Positions 27,801-40,460 of a DNA stretch of 64,000 nt are shown one piece after another. The notes under the pieces are model-generated. The model saw nothing but the letters and a program-made list of their open reading frames with translations. It was not told where the DNA came from and ran no database searches. Position 1 is the stretch's first letter; each line of letters opens with the position of its first letter. The translations under genes were made by a program, and so were the position numbers. The DNA is from the human T2T-CHM13v2.0 reference genome, Homo sapiens: the NCBI RefSeq assembly GCF_009914755.1, contig NC_060945.1; one strand, written 5' to 3'.

Positions 27801-28905
27801 CCACACACTCCACACACACCACACACCCCACACCACACACTCCACACACTCCACACACCACACACTCCACACACACACCACACACTCCACACACACACCA
27901 CACGCAGCACAGACACCACACACTCCACACACACCACACACTCCACACACACACCACACACACCACACACACCACAGAGTCCACACACTCCACACACCAC
28001 ACACTCCACACACTCCACACAACCACACACCATACACTCCACACAATCCACATACCACACACTCCACACGCACACCACACACTACACACTCCACACAATC
28101 CACACACACCACACACTCCACACACACACCACACACCACACACTCCACACACACCACACAATCCACACACACACCACACACTCCACACACACACCACATA
28201 CTCCACACACACCACACACTCCACACACCACACACACTCCACACACCATAGACTCCACACAGTCCACAACTCCACACACACCAATCACACACTCCACACA
28301 CACCACACATCACACACTCCACACACACCGCATACTCCACACACACACCACACACCCCACACCACACACTCCACACACTCCACACACACCACACACTCCA
28401 CACACACACCACACACCCCACACCACACACTCCACACACTCCACACACCACACACTCCACACACACTACACTCCACACACACACACCACACCACACACTC
28501 CACACACACACCACACACCCCACACAACCACACACCACACACTACACACAATCGACACACACCACACACTACACACACACCACATACTCCACACACACCA
28601 CACACCCCACACCACACACTCCACACACACCACACACTCCACACACACACCACACACTCCACACACTCCACACACACCACACACTCCACACACACCACAC
28701 CACACACTCCACACAACACACACCACATACCACACACTCCACACACACCACACACACTCCACACACCACACACTCCACACACACCACACACTCCACACAC
28801 ACACAACACACTCCACACACCACACACTCCACACACACACACCACACACTCCACACACAACACACTCCACACACACCACAGACACACACACACCCCTCAA
28901 CACAC
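24805..28905. repeat. About 4.1-kb CA-rich tandem array of 7-11-nt units (CACACTCCA / CACACACCA)
   Basis: Directly visible; it produces the >1000-aa His/Thr/Pro and Cys/Val ORFs. Confidence 0.98.
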
Positions 28906-29334
28906 CATGCCCTTTGTCTCTCTTTGTATTCCTCTGGCCAGGCCGTGGTGTGACGGGTTCTGAGTCCTGGGAGTGGCTCCCCTAGACTCCCCCCCTCCTC
29001 CTCCCTCCAGCAGGACCTGCCCGGCTGTTGTGCCATCGAGTCCCCATTTGTACAGAAGGGGGTGCCCTGTGGTTGGCAACAACATGACCCACTGTGCTTT
29101 GGGGCTGCGGCTGGATGTTTTTGAAAATCGGGGTGTCTGGGGCTCCCTGCTCCTCCTGGGTCTGTCCCGGACCAGCTGAGCGGACACCTTTGCTCTGCAC
29201 AGCCTGGCAGCCATTGCAGGGAGGCGGGCCCACCCCAACATCTGGTAGCTCCGGGTCCCGTCCCACCGGCTGCACAGTGAATGGAGCTGTCACTCACGCC
29301 TGCAGCCTTGCTTGACTGCGGGTCCTGCCTGGAC

Positions 29335-29700
29335 CTTGTTAGGGGCTGGAAGGTGACTCCCTGAAAATTATATGGGGTCCTACCCCCAAAGGCTCAGAAT
29401 GGGACTGTGTTTGGCGGTGGGGGCTTTGATTAAATTGAAGTGATGTCACTGGGGTGGGCCCTGGCCCAGTCTGGCCGGTGTCCTTGTAAGAAGAGGAGAT
29501 GAGGACACAGACCTACAGAGGGACAACCCCGTGAGGGCACAGGGAGGAGACACTGTCTGCAAGCCAAGGAGAGACGCCCCAGAGGAACCGGCCCTGCTGC
29601 CCCTTGACCTTGGACTCCCGGCCTCCAGGACCCGGCAGAAACGATGTCTGCCATTGGAGCCGCAGCTGTGGCGTTGCAGCTGCGGGAACCGACGCATTCA
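29335..29700 (+). mobile_element. MaLR LTR (MLT1B-like)
   Basis: GGTGTCCTTGTAAGAAGAGGA...GACCTTGGACTCCCGGCCTCCAGGAC. Confidence 0.7.
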
Positions 29701-31034
29701 GGCCCAAAGACATAGCCTTTGGCTAGGCCTTGGCAGGGTCTGCAAGGCCCGTGGGTGGTTCACCAGATCCTCGATCAGGCTCCTTGGAGAGTCGCACGGA
29801 GCACCAGGGCCAGCCCAGGCAGAACTTCCCCTGGCTGGTGGGCTGTCTGATCTCCTCTGCTCCCCCAGTTGGGTCTTCCAGCAGCACAGGCTCAGCAAGG
29901 ACTTGGAGGGGGTGGGGGGAGGGGCTCTCATCTCATCTGGCCTCCAAGACATGCAGCGTGACACCTCCCATCTCCCCTCCTGGGGCCTCCTGATGCCATC
30001 CTTCCTCGGCTCTCCAATCACACCCCACCCGGGCGGTTCTTAAACTCAGGGGCCTGGGGCTGCTTCACCTCTGGCCTGGGGTAGGCTAGATACGCCTGAG
30101 AGATTGTCCATACAGGGCTCAGAGCCTGGCTCCATCCCAGGCTGGCCACAGCCCCTATCTCCTCTCCTCCCACCTTGGGGCCTATTCTGGAACAGCCTGC
30201 CTTGCAAGGGCCGCCCAGGTGATTTCAGTGATTTCACTGTCACCATGGCTACTGTGAGGCCAAGGTCACACGGACTCCCCACAGGCACCAAGCTGACGGT
30301 CATCTGACAGCAGCCTCATCACCACCTTGTCCAGATGAGACAGAGGCTCAGCAGGGACTTGTGCAAGGCCCCAGCCAGCCAATGGCAAGGCCTGGAGACC
30401 TAGGCTCCCACCCTGAAGTCATCTCAACGGGCCCAGCCTCAGGAGCTGCCTGTGCTGGGGCCTGGGGCTGCTTTGCACCCAAGACCCCTTCAGAGTCACA
30501 GGTGAGTGGCCAGATTCCACCCCCACCATGCCCGCCCCGCCAGGGCAGGAGGCCACGTGGATGTGAGCTTTAATGCAGGGCGCAGCTCTGGCCATGGTGC
30601 CCAGCCACTTTCCTGGAGTCTGAGCAGCTGCCAAGGCTCTCTGGTGGCTGCTCCTACCCACATGGCTCCCATGGGCTGCTGTTGGAGAGCTTCTGAAGCC
30701 GGGAGGATGCCTGCTCCCCTTGCCTCCTTTCCAAGCTCGCCTCTGCCCACCCACTGCTAGGCCTGGGACTCACACCAGCCTTCTCCGTGGGTGCTGCTGC
30801 CAGCTTTCTGCCCTCTGGGCCTCCCTCTCCCTCGCCTGGCCTTCAGAGGGCCGAGGCTCTGATCACCTCTCCCCCGCTTCCCATTGTGTGGCCTGGCGTC
30901 TGAGGCCCCTGTGGTCTGACTGCCCCACTGCTCCCTGGTATGCATTCAGGTTGAATTCAGAGAGCTCTGCGTGCCAGTGTCCAGCCCCATTCACCAGGGC
31001 ACACGGCCATCGTGGAAAGATGGGATTGGCCAGT

Positions 31035-31200
31035 ACTTCCCAAGCCTGCCAGGCCGGGAGAACCACCTGCAGTGCATTGCAAATACAGACTCCTGGGCCC
31101 CGCTCACACCCACTTAGAGTCTGGAGGGGCAGAGTCCAGGGAGCTGGGCTTTTGGTGCCTCCAGGTGAGCCCTATGATCAGGTGCAAGTGGGAGATGCTG
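31035..31200. mobile_element. MER5-like hAT DNA transposon
   Basis: AAATACAGACTCCTGGGCCCC...CCTCCAGGTGA. Confidence 0.5.
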
Positions 31201-31424
31201 CGGGACAGCGGCGCCTCCTCAGGTTGGGGCAGCGGGGGAGAGAAGTCTCACTGGAAGCTGCCTTTCCAGTCTTGGGGCTCAGCTTCTCGATCTCCAGGGA
31301 GGCTCTCCCTCATCCCACTGCTGGGGACGCTGGACTCTGGAGTGAAAATGACCCACGCTCTCCTCTGCTCCCGTTTTCACCTTGGGCATCATTGTCATCA
31401 TCATTATGAGCAGCAGCCGGAAAA

Positions 31425-31640
31425 GCATTAATGGAGCACCTGCTGTATGCCAGGCCTTGCGCCTGCTGCGCTTGTAACGGCAATTCTCATGCAGCCTGCA
31501 CAGCAGCCTGTAGCCTGTTTCTATTGTTAGCTGAGGACACCCAGGCTTAGAAATGGAGTCACCTGCCTGGTGTCCCCAGCTGGTGAGGGCTTGGGCCAGG
31601 TGCACCCTGTCTGTTTGACCCCAAAGCCAGGGCTCAGCAC
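31425..31640. mobile_element. MIR
   Basis: GAGCACCTGCTGTATGCCAGGC...CTGAGGACACCCAGGCTTAGA...GTCTGTTTGACCCCAAAGCC. Confidence 0.6.
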
Positions 31641-31881
31641 CGCTGGGCAGATGATTACTGCAATGTCACACATAATGTGAAAATTGGGAGGCGCTGAGGA
31701 AGCCTGAGGCACTGGTCCCTTTCTTCTGGTGACATGCTGGGTGACTTTGGACAGATCTATCAACCCCTCTGAGTATTCGATGTCCGTCTTTGCCAGTCGG
31801 CTGAAGCTGGGAGACCGAGTGCCTGCGGGGAGCCTCCAGCCCCCAGTTCCTTTCAATCATCACCAGCGTGCCTCACACTTA

Positions 31882-31895
31882 CCACCAGGTGGCAG
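31882..31895 (+). promoter_or_regulatory. CTCF core motif CCACCAGGTGGCAG
   Basis: 14/14 match to CCASYAGRKGGCRS; occupancy unknown. Confidence 0.6.
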
Positions 31896-32204
31896 CAGAG
31901 GACTTGCCTGGCCGCCGAGACCTTGGCCGCAGGAGACTTGCCGAACCTCAGCCTTAAAGGTCACCTTCACTCTTCAAGACAGTGGGAAGCGGCCGCAGCA
32001 AACATCCGCAGAGGGCCTGGCTCCGGGAGCCTCTGGACTGCGTGCTGCCAAGCTGTGGGAGACCCACCCTGACCCCCGGGGAGCTAGTGTCCAGCAGGGG
32101 AGACTGAGATGGGAAGACACAAAAGCCGTGCTGGAAGCCAGCGGTGTTTCTTTACCATGAGCAGTTTTGGGGTTTCATTTGCTTGTGTGTAAAATCACTT
32201 GAAA

Positions 32205-32400
32205 AAGGAGGCGTCACTGTCTGGAAGGCCAGGGCTGTGCTGGGGTCCCTGGGGGCTCTGGCGGGGTTTCCTCCGCGCAGAATGACGTCACTCCCCGGCT
32301 TCCGGCCCAGGTCAGCTCTTCCTAGGAAGCCTCTTGTGAAGAGCAGCCCCCGTCCCGCCCACATCCGCAGAGGCCTGTGAGTGGGGCAGGGCGGTAAGTG
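32205..32400 (+). promoter_or_regulatory. Candidate CRE/ETS/GC-box promoter or enhancer
   Basis: TGACGTCA 32283-32290, GCTTCCGG 32298-32305, CCCGCCC 32354-32360, half-CRE CGTCA 32212-32216, GTAAGT donor 32394-32399. Confidence 0.45.
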
Positions 32401-32884
32401 TCCCTGGCAGGCAGCCTCAGCTGACGCGGTGTTGGGGTCACAGGGTCAGAGGTCCTGCCAGCCAAGGCTGCATGTGGCTGTCTGAGAAGGGGCTGAGACA
32501 GAGATGCAGGCACAGGTGCCAGACAGTGCCAGCTTGGAAGGAGGAGGCATCAGGAGAGCCGAGGGGTTGAGGGACAAGGAGCTGCTTGCTGGGGGCAGGG
32601 CGGCCTTCTCTCTACAGGGCAGGCACCTGCCTCCCGCTCTGCCCTTGGCCTCCAGGATGGGAGCTGGGAAAGGAGTCTCCCTTCAGGGGAGGGACCCTTG
32701 GCAGGGGCTAGTGAAGGCTCCGTCAGCGTTAGCTCCCAGGCTGCTGGGGAGGCCAGAAGGCCCTGCTCTGTGGGATTTCCTCTGAGACCCTGGGCTAAGG
32801 ACTGAGTTTGCAGGGGCAGGAAATGTGGGCGGGCTCCAAACCTGCTGTGCAGGCTGCTGCCATTAGAACAGAACAGAAGGAAAG

Positions 32885-33225
32885 ATACACATGCATCCAT
32901 GCACACACACACACAGTGTGCCCATATGCACAGAACACACATGCACATAGAAGCACAATGTTTGCACAGTGTGCACCCATGCACAACACACCATGCACAC
33001 TCGTGCACAACACACAAAACACATGCTCACACACCTCACACATGTGCGCACAAATGCACAACACAAACACACATGCAACATACAAACACATGTACACACA
33101 TCACACAATACATGTGGACACACACGGACACACAGAAGCACATAACACCTACGCGTGCACAAATGCCCACATGCACACCTACACAAACATACACTCACAC
33201 AGCCCACAGGAAGACGCACACACCA
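32885..33225. repeat. CA/CATG-rich low-complexity tract
   Basis: Repeated CATGCACAC and CACACA motifs. Confidence 0.85.
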
Positions 33226-34189
33226 CTATCATGGCCATGGCCAAGCTCTGGGCTGTTACTTCATTGCGCGGCTGCCCTCTGTGTCTGATTTGTACTTGAC
33301 CGTGAGAGACCCCTTTCCACCCTCCAGCTTAGGGGAGCCCCCTCCTGTGTGCTGCTCAGCAGCCTCTTTGACATCTAGCTGCCTGGGCCCTGGCATTCCT
33401 CGTGCCACCTGCAGAGACGTCAGAGACGGCACGAGGGAGGAGCGGGTATGAGGGAGGGGCCGTGTGGCAGCTCAAGGACGCCCCAGGGACACCGGGAAGG
33501 AGGGGCAGTGAAGAGAGGGGGTGGCTCATTATTCTGCAGAGCTGTCTGCCCCGGGAGCCTGTGAGCGCTGTGCCTTTACCTTGGCCAGGAGTGAGAGAAA
33601 TCAATTTCCAAAGCATCCTGGCTGGAAAATCTTGCTTTCCAGAGCAGTGTGGGTCTCCGAGCAGGGCTCCCGAAGGCCCTGACGCAGAATTGCAGATGGC
33701 TGGCTGTTGAGGGGACAGGGCGCCCCCTGGGGAAGACACGTCAGACCTAGAGGACTGGGGTGGGAAGGCAGGACACGCCAAATCCCATCTGCCGTTCGCA
33801 GGAACACTGAGACCCCACGATGACCCTGGCAGTGGCTCTCTGATGGTGATAAAAGGCAGCGGCTGCCCTTGGAGGAGCTGGTGGCTGACTTATTTCTGAC
33901 AGCCGGTAATGGCCAAGTGCTGGGCCTTTGATTGTACGGGGCTGGGCTGCACTCCACACAGGAGCTGGCTCAGGGGTCCTGCTGGCAGCTGCAGTGCTCT
34001 TACCTGCTCGGTGATGAGAAACCCAATTAAGTAAGTGGCCTGCAGCCATGTGGCCTGTGCCAGGAGCCAAGCGGGGAGCCCCGGCTCTCCCCCTGAGCCC
34101 CCTTGCTCACTCTTCCTGCCTGCCCCTGCCTGTGGCTGTCGGAAAGGGTGTTTCTGCAATGAACCAGCTGGAATCCAGCAGTGCTGTGG

Positions 34190-34590
34190 GGAATTTCCCA
34201 CGGCTGCTGTGACAAACGACCACAAGCTGGTTGGCTTAAAACAACAGAAATTCACTCTGAGGCACGAAGTCCGAAATCAAGGTATCTGCAGGGCCGTGTT
34301 CCCTCTGGAGGCTCTGGGGTGAATCTTCCTTACCTCCTCCAGCATTCCCGGTTGCTGGAAGCCTCTGAGCTCCAGTCTCTGCCTCCGCCTTCCCCTCCCG
34401 TCTGTGTCCTTTCCCCTTAAAGGACATCAGCCATTGGGTTTAGGGTCTGCTCTCATCCAGGACGATCTCACCTTGATGCTTCACTGAATTACATCTGCAA
34501 AGATTCTGTTTCCAAATAAGGTCACATGCCCAGGTTCTGGGGTTTGGAACTTAGACACATGTTTTGGGGGACACTGTTCCACCCATGACA
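34190..34590 (-). mobile_element. MaLR LTR (MLT1C-like)
   Basis: GGCTTAAAACAACAGAAATT...ACATCTGCAAAGA..TTTCCAAATAAGGTCACA. Confidence 0.75.
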
Positions 34591-34709
34591 AGTATGGATG
34601 ACGTCCCTGAGATCCTGTGTCCTTGCATTTGGGGACGCTTCACATACGCCATTGTACACGTTCCTCTCAGGAACCTCTGAGGTTGGCGGGACTGTTTTTG
34701 ATATTCATT

Positions 34710-35845
34710 GCGTATGTGTGTCCCCGTGGGTGTGTATGTGTGAGAATGTGTGAGTGTGGGTGTCCCTGTGAGTGGGGGTGAGTGTGAGTGTGTGCGTATG
34801 AGGGTCCACATACATATGTGAGTGTGTCCCTGTGAGTGAGTCCCCTGTGAATGGGTGTAAGTGAGCATGTGTGTGTGAGTCCCTGTGCATGGGTATGAGC
34901 ATGTGTGTGTCCCTGTGTGAATGAATGTGTGTGAGTCCCTGTGTGTAACAGCATGTGTGTGTGTGTCCCTGTGTGTGAGTGAATGTGTATGTGTGCATGT
35001 GTGAGTGTGTTACGAGTATGGGTGTCCCTGTGAACGTGTGTGAGTGGGTATGAGTGTGAATGTCCCTGAGTGGTTGTGTGTGTGTGTGTCTGTCCCTGTG
35101 TATGTGTGTAAGTGTGTCTGTCCCTGTATGTGAGTGTGGGTATCCTTGTGAGAGTGTGTGATTGGTGTGAGTGTGGGTGTCCTCATTAGTGGTTTGTGTG
35201 TGTGTCCATCCCTGTGTATGTGTGTGTAAGTGCGGCTGTCCCTGTGTGTGTGTGTGTGGGTGTCCTCATGAGTGGTTGTGTGTGTGTGTGTGGGGGGGGT
35301 CTCTGGGTTTGTGTATGGGTGTGTGTGAGTGGGTGTGTGTGTGTCCTTGTGAGTGGTTGTGAGTGCGGGTGTCCCTGTGAGTGGTTTTGTGTGTGGGTGT
35401 GTGTATGACTCTGTGAGGGGGTTATGTGTGTGTGTGGGAGTGTGGCTGTCCCTGTGAGTGTGTGAGTGTGGGTGTCCCTGTGAGTGATTGTGTGTAGATG
35501 TGTGTGTATGAGTGTGGTGTCCCTGTGAGTGATTGTGTGTAGGTGTGTGTGTGAGTGTGGGTGTCCCTGTGAGTGATTATGTGTAGGTGTGTGTGTGTAT
35601 GAGTGTGGGTGTCCCTGTGTGTGTAGGTGTATGTGTGTATGAGTGTGGTGTCCCTGTGAGTGGCTGTGTGTGTGAGTGTGTTTGTATGAGTGTGGGTGTC
35701 CCTGTGAGTGGCTGTGTGTGTGAGTGTGTGTGTATGAGTGTGGGTGTCCCTGTGAGTGATTGTGTGTAGGTGTGTGTGTGTATGAGTGTGGTGTCCCTGT
35801 GAGTGGCTGTGTGTAGATGTGTGTGTGTGTGTCCCTGTGAGTGGG
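34710..35845. repeat. GT-rich minisatellite, variable 40-50-bp units with core GTGTCCCTGTGAGTG
   Basis: The core recurs throughout; units are most homogeneous at 35450-35845. Confidence 0.92.
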
Positions 35846-38335
35846 CTGAGCCCAGGTACTTGGTTTCTGCAGGGAACTTACCCACGTTTGTGGGCCCCTG
35901 GTGGCAAATGTCCAGTGTCAGCCAGGGCAGGCCGTGGTTGGAACTGGATAGGAGACTTTGTATTTTGGGGCTGCCCATGGCGGGTCCCCGTCCTCATCAG
36001 AGGCATCCCAGGGGTGACCTTTCATCTGCTGGAGCTGCTGCCACTCCATGCTGTGACTCCTGATATGCATCCACTCCCGTGTTAGCCCAGGTCTGGACGT
36101 GCACAGTGGCCAGGGTGAGGGGTTCTGTCCAGAATACCCTCGGGGAAGGGGGTCTCAGGGACCATCTTCTTTGGCAGGTGGGCAGAGCAGTGGGAAGCCT
36201 GGGTTCTGGGTGGGGGCACGGCAGGCAGGCTCTTCTGGCAGCTGGGTGATGCCCGTGAGCGCTAAATGCAAGACGTGTGAACACAGGCGGCTCACAGATG
36301 CCAGTGCTGAGTGCGACTGTGCCTCCGCCTGGCCTCGAGGCATTTGCTGAACTTCCAGCTTACCCGGTTCTCCTCCTGTGCTGACTCCAGGGCCTCCTTG
36401 GGCCCTGCTAGGCGCGGGCTGCCGCCGAGGGGATGTGGGTGGGCTGGCAGCTGCTATCAAGGCTCTGCTGCTGGTCACAGCTGGGCAGTGGCCCCAGGGC
36501 CCCCAGACGGCTCAGCACATGTGTACCCTGGCCTTGTGGCCACTCAGGTGTCCCAGGCCTGAGCTCATGAAGGGCAGAGGGCATTCCCTGGCACCCTTGC
36601 AGTTCTTCAGGGGTCCTGAGTGCGTAGTGCCCATTAAGTGGCAATGTTGATGGGGACAACCAACACAGTCCACGAGCTTGCCCCTCTGTGTGTGGAATGG
36701 GCTTGCAGCATGGTTTGTGCCAGCCCCGACAGGCAGGGGCCCTTTAAATGAGTTCCCGCGCAGCCCACCGGGGCCTGGCTGATTGCTCAAGCTGCCTGCT
36801 GGAGCTGCACCTGCTCTAAATTGTGATCAGGCTAAATTAGATGGAAAAATATGCAAATGTAGTTGGAGCTTTTTGGCAAATTAGCACGCAAGCGGGTGGA
36901 GATGAGGCTCGCCGGCGAGGGGGAGCACCCATATCGTTTGACTAATTATTGAGGCAGTCAAATTAAGACAGTGGGCTCGCCACCAGGGTGGGTTTTAAAG
37001 GGGGAATTATTTCAGCTACGTTTTCTAGTTTTCTGAGGCTGCCTGAAAAAGAGAAGAAAAGATACTTCCCTGCCAGTTTCTCTGCTGAATAGGTGAAAGT
37101 CAGACAGCTTTTTCGTGCTGAGTCCACAGACGCTCCTCGGTCATCTTTGATGAACATAGACTGGAATATAGAAACCAAAAATATTTTGAGCTGGGAGGGA
37201 GGGTTGATTTGTCTAAACCTGCTGGAGGTGAGTGGTCAGGCCCTGAACCGGGTCATGCATGCTGAAGAAGCAATCGTTGGCCTCCATTTGTGTATGGTGC
37301 GTGCGTGGTGATGTCTTAACCACACCAATTCCACCTGGACGGGCTGCAGTTGTTACCAATTGTGAGTGACCATACCATAGGGATGAACCAGCAGAGAAGA
37401 CCCAGTGGTCACATGAGGCCAGGCTGAGTGCAATGACCAAGACAAAGGCATGTCTAGGTTACCCAGTGGGAGCAGTGGAAGCGGCGCTTGTCATTTGGAG
37501 TGGGTCAGGAGCCATTCCATGCCACCGCGGCCTCTGTAGTCTCACGACTTCCTCTGCACGCCCGGGGCACTTCATTCACGGCATGGATGTGGCCCTCGTG
37601 TTGCTGATTCTCATAGTTTTTGGTGCATCCTTCTTCACTCCATCAGCCGCGAGGATTTTGTCTTCTGCCGTCTTGTGTTTTGACTTCCCCTTCTGCCCTT
37701 TCTCTCAAGGTCGCCGTTTGCACACAGCAGCATCTGGAGGGATGAGCTCGCCTGATTCCATGCAGGTGGGTTCCTGGGTGGGGCATTGGAGGCTATCTCT
37801 GAACGACTGGGTGGCAGGAAGGTACCCCTGGTGCATGGAGGCCTGGCTGAAGCATGGCCGGTCTCCCTGGGACAACGTCATTATCTGTTTGCCCTTTGAT
37901 TTCAGAATCGAACTCAGCTCCGTGGTTCACACTTGTTTCCAGAGATGCCAACAAGCTGCTCTTCCCCGAGTCCCCGCAGGTGTGCACCTTTGGGAAGGTA
38001 TCAGATAGTGACCTCCTGGGCTGGGCTGTGCCTGTGTGCACCTGTCACGAGCAGGGCTGTGGGGGTGGAGATGTTAACCATCTCACCAGAGGAGGGCTGG
38101 ACTGGATCCAAGAAACTTTTTTCCCCCTGGGATGGAATTTGAAAGTGGAAAAAAAGTCACATAAAAATCAGTGTAGCTAATTAACAAGAATACATGGAAC
38201 AGTCTCCGTCGTTTTCCAAGTCTGCTATGCTGCGGCACATAAGTAGAGGTTGAAACAACAATGGCAACAGCGGTGAGAAAGGATACAGGGCCTGCTGAGA
38301 TCTGCATCCTGTCCTTAAGGGCCTGATGGTTTTGA

Positions 38336-39096
<761 letters not shown>

Positions 39097-39244
39097 TAAT
39101 GAGAAGGAAGCAACAAAAGGCTGGGAGAGAACACATGGAGGGAAGCTGCCGTTGGTCTCGAAGCTGTGCCATGGCAGGTACCGTCTCCCCTCTGATGAAT
39201 TTATAACCCCCTATGTGCTACCATTTCAGGTTAAACCAACTTGA

Positions 39245-40235
39245 CCAAGGACTTCCAGTTTCTCGGAAAATGATAGTTTTGCTAACCTTCCTGCTGATTA
39301 TAAACTCTGGACAAAATAGAAACAACCATTATTTGAAGGCATTGGAAAGTGACATAAAGCATGAAAAAAAAAAAAACCCCAAGCTAAAGAGGTATGACCC
39401 TTGCAAAAAAGGGAGCCATGCTTATCTGGGTTTTGTTCTCAGATCCTTCTTCAGACCGCCCCATATGGAATGGAGCTGAAGTGGAACAGTAGTTTTGTTG
39501 GGCTGAGAGGTCAGAGGCCAGAGTTCAAGGCTGCCAAAAAACAACAACAAAAAAAGGGAGCCACAGAGAGGGGAGCTCCTAAATCTAGCACAAATTTCCC
39601 TGAAACCCTTGGCTGATAACTAAAGTTTGCATGTGCAAGCCAAGACTCCAGAAAGCCCAGAAAGCAGGAACAGCTGGAGGCTGAGAGCTGGGCAGACATT
39701 TCAACATCTGGCTAGTCCCGGAAAGACCAAGTTTGGAGTTCATGTCCCACCAAGTTAGAGGAGGGAAGTGATAAGCACCTTGAGCTTTTCATCAGAAACC
39801 CTGGGATAGAGTAAGTTTTTCTATGTGCTGAAGTAAAGTCATTGTTAATTATATAGTCAGAAGACAGAAGGATACTATATTCAAACTGCTGAGAGAACAA
39901 TCAGTCCCCTACATACCCAGCTAAACTATCACTCGAGAATGATAGCAAAATAAAGATGTTTCAGATACACAAAAACCAGAAGTTCACCAACAGCATACAA
40001 AAGATACATACCAAAGGACTTCTATTTGATGGCTTTTAAAGTGATCTAAAACATTGGTCAGGTGGGATTTAAAGATGACCAGGATTTTGTGCTATTCTGT
40101 AGAGATATTTAGACTTTAAGTTAGCAATGCCTGCTAAAATTTAAAAAGATACTTTTCAAAATAGATGGAATAAAGGAATTTTACAAAACTTTTAATCAAT
40201 GCAAAGCGAGATAGGAGAGGAGAATAAAGGGATAG
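39245..40235 (+). mobile_element. Old L1M 5'/ORF1 fragments
   Basis: GGACTTCC...AAACTCTGGACAAAATA...TTTGAAGGCATTGGA; TACCCAGCTAAACTATCA..AAATAAAGATGTTTCAGATA. Confidence 0.6.
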
Positions 40236-40297
40236 AATGAGGACAGACCTTGGGGAATGTGTGAATGCTGAATGCTGGCCTTTCTTGTTCTGTGTTC

Positions 40298-40460
40298 TTT
40301 TTGTTTGTTTGTTTGTGTTTTTGAGACAGAGTCTTGCTCTATCGCCCAAGCTGGAGTGCAGTGGTGTGATCTCAGCTCTTCTGCCTCTCAGGTTCAAGCA
40401 ACTCTCCTGCCTCAGCCTCCTGAGTAGCTGGGATTGCAGGCATGTGCCACCATGCCTGGA
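40298..40460 (-). mobile_element. Alu right-arm fragment
   Basis: Antisense right monomer with (TTTG)n tail. Confidence 0.85.

Noticed and set aside
24734-28963. ORFs of 470-1392 aa (His/Thr/Pro or Cys/Val/Trp rich)
   Set aside because: They are translations of the CA/TG array, which lacks stop codons by composition; no domain, and open in many frames at once.
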